Assembly (NCBI RefSeq): GCF_041146345.1
Contig: NW_027191417.1
Location: 124,001-188,000, forward strand
Direction: 5' to 3'
DNA from: Neodothiora populina
Lineage: Eukaryota
DNA length: 64,000 nt
The position numbers were made by a program, and so were the translations under genes. Shown one piece after another: positions 26,417 to 39,964 of this stretch (position 1 is the stretch's first letter; each line of letters starts with the position of its first letter). The notes under the pieces were generated by a model that saw nothing but the letters and a program-made list of their open reading frames with translations, was not told the DNA's origin and searched no databases.

Positions 26417-26675
26417 GCTGATGCTGATGCTGATGCTGATGCTGATGCTGATGCTGATGCTGATGCTGATGGAGATGGAGATGGAGATGGAGCTCAAAGG
26501 TACAATGGAATGGCAGCGTTGTGACTGTGGTTGTTGTGGGCGGGTCAAGTTGATGACGCGATGCAGTTGCGCGGCTGCAAGATGGTGGTCGTGGTGCTGA
26601 AAGTCATGTAATATTGTACAGTATAGGTATAGGTATAGGTATAGGTATAGGTATAGGTATAGGTATAGGTATAGG
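26417..26675. repeat. Hexamer microsatellites (GCTGAT)n, (GGAGAT)n and (GTATAG)n upstream of Nup133
   Basis: About 9 GCTGAT units near 26417-26470 and about 9 GTATAG units near 26621-26675. Confidence 0.85.
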
Positions 26676-27469
26676 CATAAGTAAAAGGTGTTTGCAAAAC
26701 ACTCGGTTGCGATGCAATGATAATATCAATGGCTTTTGCGGAGAAGCAGCAGCAGCAGAAGGAGCACAAGTAGAGGAAGAAAGAGAATCGATAACTGAAA
26801 TCTTGTGGCTCTGTATCTCAATCCTCTCTTTATACACTCCGTGCAAAAGAAGTACAGCATTTATTTGCACTTGCCTCAGTTTTATCGCATCTCATCCTCG
26901 AGGAGTCCATCTTGATTACCTACGTACTCTCTCTTTACTCTACTGTACATTAAGGTATAGGTATACTATTGCAGTGGTGAACGCGATCCAGGCCTTGGCT
27001 GCCACTCCACAGTACCTTACATTATGGTACAAGAACATTGAGGTACAGTAGGAACATTGATTTATGAGAAGATGATTAATCTTCAATATTGTTTGATGGA
27101 TTTTACATCTTCCGTCTGCTCCTTCGTGGAGGAATCGTCTTCATCAGTAAAGGTGTCATTTCGACACAGATATATCATATTGACCAAAAGCATAACAGAA
27201 AAACAGCCTTTGCCCAGTCAGTTCCAGGTCTAGCCAGGATATCCGAAAACAAAAACAAAAACAAAACCCGTGTCATGCATGATTTCTGCATCGCACTGGG
27301 CTTGATCTACCATGTGACTCCGAGCGCCACCTCTCTTCCACGAGAAGGCTTCCTGGTGTGCATGAGATGGAAACAGAAAGAAAAAAAAAGGAAAAAAAAA
27401 ACTCCTGGCCCTTGGTGTTTCTCTTTCCCGAGATGCATGGCACATGTTCCTTCGTAACAATCTCCGTGT

Positions 27470-28614
27470 CTAAAGCTGAATCGGGTTGCTGAGCAGCTTG
27501 ATCTCCTCGCCAGGCTTGAAGGCGGGAAGGCCAATGTAGGGGCAGCCGTCACATCTGAAGGCATCTCCCAGCGCACAGTTGCCACAGCTGCCCACTTTGC
27601 CTTGGACAGTAAAATCAATCTCGGAGAGATCGTTGGTGTCGAGCTTCATCGTGTTGAGCGCCTGATCTGCCGCCAGTCTCTTCTGTGCGTCTTCGGCTTC
27701 GATTTTCTCCTTCAGTCCGCACGAGCAGTCCTTGCAGGCTCGTCTTCTCTTGCCGTTGGGCTTGCATGCCTCGGCTGTGTCTGTTGTCAGCCTGTTGTTA
27801 CGTTTGCCATGTCAGAAAACTGTGCACACTTACGGATGTTGATGGGCTTCTTTCTGTCCTCGTCCGTGAGTAGCGAGTTGGGGTCAATGGTGTCACCCTT
27901 CATGAGGTCCGCCTTGCTGGGAATACCAAAGTCGTCGTCCTCGTCGTAGTCGTCGTAGTCCATGTCGAGATCATCACTGAAATCAACAAAGCCGACACCG
28001 GCCGGGGCCGCCTTGACCTCCTCGATCTTCCTCTTCTCGCCAGTCACGGGCGCCGCAGCCGTGTTTGCAGCCTCGACGGCATTGGCGGGTTGAGCGGCAG
28101 CGTTCGCCTTCTTCTTGCCAAAACTCAGCTTGACCGTCTGTGTCGCCGTCTCCGCAGGCTTCAGCATTCCCTCGCCCCCATCTTTGACCAGTCCCGCCAA
28201 GACAGCCTCCGTCTGCTCTGCTCCGGGTGCGCTTGCGAAAGTGCCATCCTGGCTCCTGAATCTGCCTCCTGCCTTTAGCGCATCCACCAGCTTGGGGAAG
28301 ACGGTTCTGTCGAGGAACTTTGAACTCTCGGTGCGGGTCCCGTCGACGTCTGTGAGCAGCAGGATGACGTCGTAAGTGGCGGTGGGCAGCGAGACGAGAC
28401 CCAACGCCAGGCGATCTAGCATCTGAATGTCTGTGGCATTGCGGTCGTGTGCCTCGAGGATGCTGTTGAGAGACTCTGGGTTGGCGGCGACTGATGGTGG
28501 GGCCAGGAGGAGGGTCCTGGAAGATTTCACATTCACAGGCGTCTGCGTCGTGGCGGGGTATGACGAGGGCGTAAAGTCCATGTCTGAAGTGTCAATCGTG
28601 ACACCGGGAGCCAT
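27470..28614 (-). CDS. DRE2: Fe-S cluster assembly protein Dre2 (anamorsin); exons 28614-27834 and 27774-27470
   Basis: RTLLLAPPS and DIQMLDRL N-domain. After the GTAAGT intron: [18 protein letters not shown] and [29 protein letters not shown], the two Cys motifs of Dre2. Confidence 0.95.
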
Positions 28615-28818
28615 TGTGGTGTTTCTCTGATTGTGTACGTTTGCAGATTTGGATGAGAGATTAGTTGTGATGTCGATGTTGATGACAGATACCGATGATG
28701 ATGATGATGATGATGATAAAAAAAACAATGAGGATTGGTTGGGCCTTGAGTGTGCAGAAGGTACGGTACGGTACTGAACGAACTTGCGCTTACGTGAGTT
28801 GACGTCCTGACTCGGCTT

Positions 28819-28873
28819 AGGCTCTCAGGCTCTCAAGGCTCTCAAGGCTCTCAAGGCTCTCAAGGCTCTCAGG
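28819..28873. repeat. 9-bp tandem repeat AGGCTCTCA(A) x6 upstream of DRE2
   Basis: Direct reading of the sequence. Confidence 0.85.
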
Positions 28874-29046
28874 TTGCCGGAGTTGTGTGTCTTGCACCAA
28901 GAAACCCTTATCTGCTGACCAACACCTGCGGCAGCTAGGGCGCTCTTGAATGCTAACCTTACCTAGTCTTTTTAATGCTCTAATATAGAACTTCCGCCGT
29001 TCTTCGACTAGTTATGGCTCCGAAAAAGGGTCCAGATCTTGGCCTG

Positions 29047-29988
29047 TCAGGGTCCAGGCCACCACTTTTGCTCTCCCGCGCTTTTGCTGTATTTGTCTCT
29101 TTTGGTCAGGGGAGAAAAGCCGATTAATGTTACATAAGACAGACAGATATTGTGAATAATTAAACACCCACTGTTCGAAGGTGCGTTCTTGGCAAAACTC
29201 CTGCCAACAGCTGAGGTGCGGCATCGCAATTCGCCAGCCTCCGTCTGCTCGTCCTTGGCTTCGGTGAGTCTGGTGCTGCAGACCCTGAAATTGCCATCAT
29301 CACGCTCCATCACCTCACCCTCGACTGTTTTTGGTTTCATATCTAGGTACCTAGGTAGTCGTCGTCGTATCTCCCGCCACGTAATCAACCATTGAAGCCA
29401 TCCAGACGACAGCATGACCGATATAGTCCACGACTCGCAAACGAACTGACACTTCGACACGGATGACGCGATGATTGTTTCCGCTGCCGTGCCGTGGAGA
29501 GGGTTCTCCATGCTCTCCTCGTGAATTAATGTACACGGCTTTATGCACCCCACATACTCTGTGGAACGACTTGGGGTAGCGTCAGAGAGCGTGTGGTGTT
29601 TCTGTATAAAGTCGAGGACAACGTCTCCCTTGCACTCGCGCATATTCCAGTCCTCACTATAGCAGTGTCTTGCGTGCAACAGAAGGACTTTCACTCTTTC
29701 GTGCTTGTATAGAACAATATTGAGACTGCTTCTGTAAGAGTCACAACTCCAATAAATCACGACAGCCAACTCGGACCAACGTCTCGAGTTACCCCAATCC
29801 AGACAGCTCTCTACCCCGCCATGGTCATGTGGACTGCACCTCGCGTACCTTACCCTGAGTACTCTCTCCTCTCGCCATGGCATAATGGAAAGCAAAGAAT
29901 CGATCAAGAAGCACGAGATCATAGGGACAGAAACAGACGCCTCATCGACGGCATTGGGAGGCTTGCAGAAGATTCTTGAATAAATCAT
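29047..29988 (-). CDS. Hypothetical orphan ORF (313 aa)
   Basis: ATG-initiated 942-nt ORF in otherwise intergenic DNA; no recognisable motif. Confidence 0.3.
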   Translation of the reverse strand: MIYSRIFCKPPNAVDEASVSVPMISCFLIDSLLSIMPWREERVLRVRYARCSPHDHGGVESCLDWGNSRRWSELAVVIYWSCDSYRSSLNIVLYKHERVKVLLLHARHCYSEDWNMRECKGDVVLDFIQKHHTLSDATPSRSTEYVGCIKPCTLIHEESMENPLHGTAAETIIASSVSKCQFVCESWTISVMLSSGWLQWLITWREIRRRLPRYLDMKPKTVEGEVMERDDGNFRVCSTRLTEAKDEQTEAGELRCRTSAVGRSFAKNAPSNSGCLIIHNICLSYVTLIGFSPLTKRDKYSKSAGEQKWWPGP

Positions 29989-30276
29989 CTCACTTGCTGG
30001 GACCCATCGGCACAGCTTCCGTTGTAAACACTACTTTTGCCGTACTTTACTACTGACCTTTGACCAACGAAGAAAAGTCACGCGAGCTGAGCTGACGAAG
30101 ACATCAGAGCTACTTTAAGCTCCAACATTCCTCTGCTTCACCTCGACTTCTTAGCAGACTTTGTTCTGTATCTCATCGACCTTTCCAATCCAGATCTACC
30201 ATCACCAATTGCGTTTATACTATCTACAATCGATTCATCCATCCGTAAATACACCACACAAAGCTTCCTCGCCAAG

Positions 30277-30901
30277 AGTATGATCTTCCATCCCTTCAGA
30301 GATCCTATGTGCTACCCGTCTGGTGCCGCCCGTGACACCATTGTCTAGCTATAGATCTCTTTTATGACCATTGTACTCACATCTACGTTACTGACATATT
30401 ATTTCCAAAAGTGACCCGCTCACACAAGATGAATGACCGTGACCATGTCGGCCTTGCCAATGGCACCGCCAGCCCCGAAGAACACCTTCCACGCTACTTT
30501 GCCAAGAGTGGTCGTGAAGGTGACGACCCCAAGTCGGCCAAGAAGATGGGCTTTGGCAGAGGCAATTGGTGAGTCTCTATAGTCACTTTCCATCCTCATC
30601 ATCCATCAATCGAGATACTTGTTGATATGACTTCTCACATCGAAAAAGGGGCCGCGAAATGGACGAGCTCGAAGACTACACATACAACTCGACCAAACCC
30701 AGTCGTCGCAGCAACTCGTTTGGCCACAACGCCAACGCCATGAGGACCAAGTTCGAAGTCGCCGAAGAAGCCCCCGTCTTCGAAGAAGCCATCCACGGCG
30801 CCTCGGCTCCCGACTATCAGAGCAACCTCGAAGGCATGGAGAAGCTGGAGAAGCAGAGCACTTCTTCTTCCATGGACAGCGTCGAGGAGAACAAGGAGTG
30901 A
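30277..30901 (+). CDS. Stf2/Tma10-like small hydrophilic protein; coding exons 30277 (1 nt), 30412-30568, 30649-30901
   Basis: The spliced product MTRSHKMNDRDH...LPRYFAKSG...KKMGFGRGNWGREMDEL...SRRSNS resembles yeast Stf2. Introns are GTATGA..TACTGAC..AAG and GTGAGT..AAG. Confidence 0.8.
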
Positions 30902-31765
30902 GTGACTGTCTGTCGCGATAGAAATGTGCCATTCGAGCAACGAAGCTTTGCTTTCCGGCAAAGTGGTTGTCGATGCTGCAGATGTGTAGTGTGGTCAAGA
31001 GGTACTTGCTGGCCAAGGAACACGATGATACGGCGCAATTCTGTACCTTTAGCTTTCTTTCTTTTCTCTTTTCCTTCTTTCGCTTCGACTCGGTGATGGA
31101 AGCGAGCATTTCTCACCGCACACAATTGCTCGAAGAGGACATCTTACTCCGAACGAGGAGATGTATCAATGAAAATCGATAAATATGAAATGCAAAACAA
31201 TGAACTTCAAGAAAACAGTACCTCCTCCAATCTTATGTTCGATCTTCGCCTCGTCAGTCGACGTGTACACTCGAGAGAAACAACCCCAGCTCGACTTCTA
31301 CAGTAGCGCTGTAGCCGTGTGATACTCGCCTTTCCCATCATAAAACCACAGCATCGAATACCATCGGAGCGAAGCAATCATCCATCAGTCACTGCTGTTG
31401 ACCGATTCACAACGTCAGAATCAAATATGGAGGCAGCGGTTGCAGCAGTGTATATGAACAAGATAACGAGGATTCATTCATTAGATCCATCAACAAAGAA
31501 GAATATAAGAAGAAGAATCACATAGATAGATAAAGAAGAATAAATAGAAGGAGAAGGAGAAGAAGAAGAAGAAGAAGAAGAAGAGAAAAATACCCGTCAC
31601 TGCCCCAATCCGCCAATCACTAAACTGCTCTAATCCACCACTCACTAAATTCGTGATATACAACCCCGCCCACCATCCTCCTGGAATCTACTCTTCAGCG
31701 TCTATACGCTCTCCACTCCCAGATCGCGACAGCGAAAGCAGAAGCATACAGCCGAAAAGACACTC

Positions 31766-32863
31766 TCACCACATAACGGCAGCAGCACCAACCGCAGCGC
31801 CAACCACGGCTCCAATCCCCGACGACGACCGCCAAGAAAGCGAGACGGCGCCGCCGGTGAACGTGCCTAATCCCGCACTTACGGTCCCCGTCGGCGCCCC
31901 TGCGCCACCACTTGCAGAAGGCTGCACACTAGCTATCGAAGCAGCGACCGACTGGCTCGCAGCGACTTGCGCGACACCCGCCGCCGCAGGGATCTTGCTC
32001 CATCCACTCGAGCCCGTGACGACGGTCTGGAATTCCTGTTGCCAGTGGCCTGGGTTGTTCGCCGAGGAGCCGTTGAGGACTCCTTGTCCTTCGCTGCCGT
32101 AGAGCATGCATTTGTAGCTTGTCATTGACGCCGGGTTCGGGCACCAGTAGCCCCATACTGTGGGGTAGGTCGAGTCGTTTGCTGAAGGCGCCAGTGAGGG
32201 GTCGCGCGAGATGTAGAGGTTGAAGGATGTGCATGTCGTTCTCTCGTCGCAGGCTGCTGCGCAGGCGGGCGCGTTGTAGGTTGTGAGAGTCTTGATGCCG
32301 AGGTAGGTCAGGTTGTGCATGTCCTTTGCTGATGAGGGGGATGTGATTGCGTCTAAATCGAGGAAAGTGCGAATGTATGGTGAGACTGCTCCTTGTGATG
32401 ATGGCGATGGGACAGAAGGAATGATCGTGCTAGGTGCTGCGGAAGCCATGGAGTGGAAAGGTGGGTATTCTAAAAAGGCAGATGGCGTGTCTGGGGTTGG
32501 CACTGGTCCGTAGCCATCTGGTTGTGGACCGCAAGGATCCAATGGATTCAGGAATCCGCAGAAAGTCCCTTCTTCGGGCTGTGTTTGGCATGGCTGTACT
32601 GCACTCGTTGTTGCTGTGCCCACGCTGGCTACGTTGACAGTGTAACCTGTTGCTAATGCAGGGTAGTAGGGGGTATAAAGTGAGGTCACTGGGGTGGCCG
32701 TAGGCGGTGTTGTGGTCATACTCGTCGACGTCGTCAACGTTGTCATGTTCGCTGTCACAGAGAAGGCAGTGAGGGAGGTGAGGTTCGCTGATTGTGCGCT
32801 TGCTACAGAAGCCGCAATGGCCATATAGGCAGCCAAAGGCTGCAAAATTCTGTCTGAATGCAT
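31766..32863 (-). CDS. Secreted, probably GPI-anchored, Ser/Thr-rich protein with a Cys-rich PAN/apple-like module
   Basis: Signal peptide (MHSDRILQPLAAYMAIAASVASAQ), T-rich stalk, CAAACDERTTCTSFNLY...CPNPAS...KCMLYG and a hydrophobic C-terminal tail. Confidence 0.75.
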   Translation of the reverse strand: MHSDRILQPLAAYMAIAASVASAQSANLTSLTAFSVTANMTTLTTSTSMTTTPPTATPVTSLYTPYYPALATGYTVNVASVGTATTSAVQPCQTQPEEGTFCGFLNPLDPCGPQPDGYGPVPTPDTPSAFLEYPPFHSMASAAPSTIIPSVPSPSSQGAVSPYIRTFLDLDAITSPSSAKDMHNLTYLGIKTLTTYNAPACAAACDERTTCTSFNLYISRDPSLAPSANDSTYPTVWGYWCPNPASMTSYKCMLYGSEGQGVLNGSSANNPGHWQQEFQTVVTGSSGWSKIPAAAGVAQVAASQSVAASIASVQPSASGGAGAPTGTVSAGLGTFTGGAVSLSWRSSSGIGAVVGAAVGAAAVMW

Positions 32864-34679
32864 TGTGCTTTGCAGAGATAAGATGATGTGGAAGTTGTTG
32901 CTTCTTGCTGTACGCAGTGCCGATTGCGAGAAAAGAAAAGAAGATACAAAGACACCTACTACCTCGTTGTCCACAATAAACGGGCCGCCCGCGAATGATA
33001 TATATTTCACAAACCGCAAAAGGCTGATGCTAATGCCCGTACTGCCTCAAGCTCAGCTCGCCATAAGCGACGCTTATGCCGTCCTTCCCTCCCTTCAACT
33101 GAGGCTATAGCAGTCAAGGAAAGCCAAAAGAGAGAAAGGCAAACCATGGTGCCACTGTACAACCGTGGTTCAGCCACAAGTTCTAACGTACTAAACTCCA
33201 ATCATGTGCCCATAGCTAACTTCTAGGAGTGGAGCAGATTGAACTTGCAGGCGAAAAGCAAGAAAACACTCTGAACCACTTGCCATTTCGGTGCATCGCT
33301 TTCGTATCAGTATCTCATCTGACGTGCTATAGATGGTAGTGGATACTATGGACCGAGATAAAAGTGAGACAGGGGCATGGGATAAAGATGGGGAGAAAAA
33401 GAAGCCCTCAGCTTCCGGACCTGCCACAAACGTTACTAGGAAAACTTCTCAGCCACGTGAGGGCCATGGGCGTACACCAACTGCTCCCCACAACGTTTGG
33501 AGTCCTAGCCGTCTTCTTTCCGATCTCGAAACGGTTTCTTTCCACCGCCCGTTACTGCTATCTGGAGCCACGTACCATGAACCGTCAACGGCTATAGTAA
33601 GAATCTCTATACCAAGACGCGTTTCGAACACGCAAAGAGGGCGCCGGGAGTCGCATTGAACACCCACCTGTCTGCACCGCTCTCTGCCTCTCACTCGCCG
33701 ACCCGTGATGTCGTATAGCGATACGATGAAGGAGGTGCCCTGAGACACGGGCTATAGTGCACCTAGAGAAAGCAGGCAATGATAAAGTGAAGGATCATAG
33801 CCCAAGAATGTGCCAGAGTACAGCCTTCAGAAATGTCTCGGACGACCCAGATTCGAGTTGGGATGAAGCGTCGCGCTTTTTGGCTGTGGACCGTTGACAT
33901 CCGCCGTTGGCGCTAGGTTCGTCGATATACGGGGGGTTTTGTAAACGTTCTCCGCTTCGATTTGTCGTCACCAGCCACTCGAATAAAGCTCGCGGCGAGA
34001 TCTAGAAGCACATCTTTCGTCTGTGGGCAGAAGAAAAGAAAAGTAGAGGTATGCGTCGAGGGTTGGATGACTTGATTGTTCTAGCACTGGACGTCACGAG
34101 AAGTGATGTTTAAGGTCCAAGGTTACGCTCGGAGATTTTGGACAAGGGAAGGATTAGGGAGCGCGCCCTCCGGCCCGCGAAGCCCCCTCCTTGATGCCAC
34201 CCGTGACCCGACCCTACCAAGAAGTCGCTTGGTAGGCTGAATTCGTGCATGCAAACCATGGATACACACGAACTATCTCTCCTGCTCTAGTCAGAGTCGC
34301 CTTATCTATAGGTATTCGTCTGTACGAATAGCACTCATAGAGTTCAGGAGTCGCGAGGCATTGCCGGCGCAGTGCTGCCCTTTGCTATCCGCGAACCTTG
34401 CTTGCGCCAACCGGTAATACCTCGACGACTCGCGATACCAAGTATAGTGTCCTGTGTCTCGAATGCTAACTCCATGCTGACACGCCCATGCGGCTCGTAT
34501 ATAGAGTATCTCGTCAGAGTAGATTAGGTATCGTGGACTCGTAGAGTGAATCGGGATTCTCTGGCACTTCACTACGTCAGGCTCACGTTACAGTAGCATG
34601 AACGATGTAGGTAGTCAGCTCCTTCACGTGCCTATACGTCGTGCCGTGCATGTCTTGCCTGATGGATTAGCATGTCAGC

Positions 34680-35575
34680 CGTGTGCAGGTTTTGATCATT
34701 TATCCTACCCACTTCTGTCTTGACTCTTCCTTGGACTAGACGAGCGCGTAGGTACCGAGCTGATTTAGTCCCGGCAATGCATAGTCAATTCATGGTAACG
34801 ATAGTCAGAGAATCGCATTAGTAGGGAGGTGGCTGAGAATTCTCGCTTCGCCGAATGATTCGGCCCGTCCATGCTTACTCGCAGTCATTAATGCAGCCGA
34901 GAACATCTCCCAAGAACCAGCCGACGAGCCAGCTGAAGATAAGCCACCGACTCCACTTGCTTCGGCATGATTTGGTTCTGCTTTGAAGTTCGTCAAGGTA
35001 CCGTCGGAGTAGAGGCGTGGAAGGTACCAAGCCAAGCCTGAGCTATCAATGAGGCCGAGCTACAATTTCTCAAACAAAACATCAAGTGAGCGAGTGAGCT
35101 GAAGACAAGCCACAGACTCGACATGCCTGCCATTGCAGATTTTGGTCTTCACCCTACATCTTTCTGATTTCTATGCAAGTGGACAAGCGCGAAGCACCGA
35201 GCCTTAGCGTAGAGAGCTTGTGGTTCAGCACCAGCAACGAATTGTCAATTCATGGTAGCGATGGTCTTTCAACTAGTCCGTACATGCTTTGAACGAGGGA
35301 GAGAAAAGCCACGGACTCGACCTACTCGCGCAGGATCTGATGTCTACCTAGGATACGATTTAGGGCTGAACACCACACTATCAACCCATGGCCAATTTCC
35401 AAGAAACAAGTACCTATCCACTATAGCCGAAGGATTCTCACTTCGCCAATACATCGGCTCGTCCGTGTATGGATACTCACTCGCGGCCATGCCACCAGTG
35501 AAGCTGAGAATTTTTTTTCAAGAAACCATCAAGTGAGTGAGGGAGCCGAAGGCTGAGCCACAGACTCCACTTGTG
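34680..35575. repeat. Diverged tandem duplication in intergenic DNA
   Basis: Shared blocks: gtcaattcatggtarcgat (34784 and 35244), attctcrcttcgcc (near 34838 and 35433), and gcygaag...agccacmgactc (near 34932, 35098 and 35546). Confidence 0.6.
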
Positions 35576-35689
35576 CTCGCGCTCGAACAAGCGCACTCGA
35601 AGGAGATCGGTGGAAAGTAGTATTAGATTCATGATCTGACTTCACATACGATGACGAAAAACTCCCAATCTGTATCCCAAATTAATCAT

Positions 35690-37289
<1,600 letters not shown>

Positions 37290-37377
37290 TCAGATACTCG
37301 GGGTAGAGGTGTACTAGGTGGAGGGAGGGGGAGAAGAGGGGAGCGGTCGAAGGACAATATAAGTTTTGGGGGATGGC

Positions 37378-37384
37378 TGAGTCA
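37378..37384. promoter_or_regulatory. AP-1/Gcn4-type bZIP site TGAGTCA in the GLR1 divergent promoter
   Basis: Perfect TGA(G/C)TCA immediately followed by an ACGTCA half-CRE, about 230 bp upstream of the GLR1 ATG. Confidence 0.35.
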
Positions 37385-37939
37385 CGACGTCAGATGCCAA
37401 ATCATATACAGAATAAGGTAAAGAATAAGGTAAGATAGACTCGAGTATGGGATGGGATGCTGTAGATAAAGATACAGACTAGTAGTGTAAACGGTGCTGG
37501 CAAGAAAGGAACGGAGATTCAGAAAACGTTTACTTTTGCGGGCAACAGAGACAGAGACAGAATCAAACGACTTACATGAATTCGGATACTCGAAGAACGG
37601 ACTTCTAGCGATTGTGATTATAATGCTAAGATAACATGTGTCGATGTTACTGCCACCGCTGCTGTGCTTACCAATTCTTTTTCTTTGCACCTTCCTCTGG
37701 ATCTCAGATAATGCGGGCTTCTCCCCCTCCATGCATTGCACGGACCTTCCAATTGCCGGAAGCGGATGTCGTCATTCTAGAGCAAAGTGAAGCTCTCCCC
37801 GCAATGGAGACCGGGAACCATCACCTGTCTGCCAAGACTTTATCTTTATTCGACATCCCATGCCTTGACTTGCTCATACCTTGCAGCACTGCCATCCAGA
37901 CTTGCAATAGTAGCATCGACGAATCCCGCCTTCTCAAAT

Positions 37940-38389
37940 ATGGGTGGTCGACTCAGCATGCCGCGCGGCGTGGCAGGAACCACAGAGCTATCACATCCCA
38001 CAAAATCACCCTCGGCCTACTCGCGGCGGGTGAACTCTCGAACACTACTCGCGCCCGCGGCAGCCTTCACAATGGCCATGATTCTCTTCGTGTACACGCG
38101 CACATCCATCCGCGCCGCCAAAGCCAACGCTCAGCGGCATCGAGACGCCGACAGTGGTGGCCAAGGACTGGATCTGTACAACGAGAGTCGCAGGCGCCAT
38201 GGCTTGGCTGATCAGGTCAGAGACGACAAGAAGTACGGCGCCGTGGGTGAACTCGCCAGTGAGGCTAGAGCGCAGCTGCTGGGGAAACAGAGCGAGAGCG
38301 AAGAGAGGAGAAAGGAGATTGCATCAGGCCGAGGTGCGGGTGAAGACAGGTTGAAAGCGGCCATGCGGAAAAGAGCGGACGAGGAATGA
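37940..38389 (+). CDS. Small single-TM fungal hypothetical protein (149 aa)
   Basis: ATG ORF MGGRLSMPRG... with TM segment LLAPAAAFTMAMILFVYT and a charged C-terminus; divergent from GLR1. Confidence 0.7.
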   Translation: MGGRLSMPRGVAGTTELSHPTKSPSAYSRRVNSRTLLAPAAAFTMAMILFVYTRTSIRAAKANAQRHRDADSGGQGLDLYNESRRRHGLADQVRDDKKYGAVGELASEARAQLLGKQSESEERRKEIASGRGAGEDRLKAAMRKRADEE

Positions 38390-39318
38390 GGAGAAGCTGG
38401 ACTTTGTGGTCTTGGGAACAACAAAATTTCTGTCCTTGAGACGCTACCGGCAAGGCGGGTTCGGAAGATGAACTCGAGAACCTCGAGTAGAGGCGCCGCG
38501 ACATTGAGTCAAGGCACGGAGAAAGGGCAGCTGCTTTCGGAGAATCGAAGCCTCAGCAAATGACCACCAGCAATCTACCGAGAATGGCCAGGAAGAAAAG
38601 ATGGCCCGGAGACGGATTCCGGGAGATAGCATGCCCCCTGGTCATGACCGAAGACTTGCTGGAACAAACCTTCTCCTCTCAAACTTGTAATCGTAGATGC
38701 TGTAATGAAAAGCATCATTGTTCCGCACATGCATATCTCGCCGTATGTTCCGATACTATGATAGCATTTATAAAGCCTCACCAAACGATCATACATGCAG
38801 ATTGGCGGACTGGTCATAACACATACCCTTGCATGCGATAGCAGAGGAATTACTTGATTTCATTGAGCAAGCGCAGGTATCGGAGCTTTCTATCTTTTTT
38901 AAGCGAGAAGCCTCCGGTTCCTGTAATGATTGCATCGATACGCCTTTGCTTGCAATAGTTACTGAGGTCAGACTCATCAGGTATACTTGGTATTGCTCTG
39001 AAGGATGATATTCATGAGCTATCATGTCCCGATAAGAAGTAGAGTTGTCTCATTAGCAGAGCAATTGAGGCTGAATGTTCCTTGAGTCTCTTCCTCCCTG
39101 ACGACAGTACAAGAGAAACACGTGCCTGCCTTATTGGGGGCAACATGCCCGAAGTCGGTAGACCAACTCTGGTCAAGATTCCTTCACTTGCATATAGAGT
39201 CTTCTGCAGGGTCAAGTCTAAAGACAATACCTACGCCCACTGCATCCTATCAAATACCAATCTCTTATCCTTTGGCTTCCGCACGACAACCCTTGACCAT
39301 CTCCCGTCGCCGTCGAGT

Positions 39319-39735
39319 ATGCCGCACGGTGAATACCATCCCAACCATCATCGCGCCATCTTTGTCGTAGCTGCACTCGTCGTTGCCGGACTCTGCACCT
39401 TGAAGCCGCAAGGGATATTCCGCGACTACGATCGAAAAGAGAAACAGAGACAGCTGGAACGAGTCAGAGACGTCGACGAGCGTAAGTCCAGATGGAACAG
39501 AGACGACGAGGATCAATCCTCGGAAGAAGACGAGCCGCTGCCATCGAGGGAAGCGAGGACTCCATCTTCCCGAGGTGGGAGGACGACGACGACGACGACG
39601 ACGACGCAGGCTCGGGACTTTCAGGACTCGCAACATCCGTCTCGCTACCGCGATCAGTCCCCGGAGAAGAAAAAGACAAAGAACAAGAGCAAGGATCCCT
39701 TCTCTTGGGAAGAGATCATAATGGGCTTGGGATAG
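39319..39735 (+). CDS. Hypothetical single-TM protein (138 aa)
   Basis: ATG ORF with N-terminal TM segment (AIFVVAALVVAGLC) and a charged low-complexity tail. Confidence 0.45.
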   Translation: MPHGEYHPNHHRAIFVVAALVVAGLCTLKPQGIFRDYDRKEKQRQLERVRDVDERKSRWNRDDEDQSSEEDEPLPSREARTPSSRGGRTTTTTTTTQARDFQDSQHPSRYRDQSPEKKKTKNKSKDPFSWEEIIMGLG

Positions 39736-39964
39736 ACTTGTCGCCCCCTATGTAAGGTCTTTTGTGATCATTGAATGTTGAAGGCGGCTGATACCGCACG
39801 CGGACAGCAGTGCTAGCACTTTTGTACCATCGCCTTCGACTCCCATATCAACTCCGCTTCCACCGGCAATCTTAGATCGCCTCTCGGGCAATGCTGAAGA
39901 CACCAGCTCTGGTGGTGAGCTTTCCGACGCAAGTAGCTTTGCCCACCTCCTGGCCAGAAAAGAA

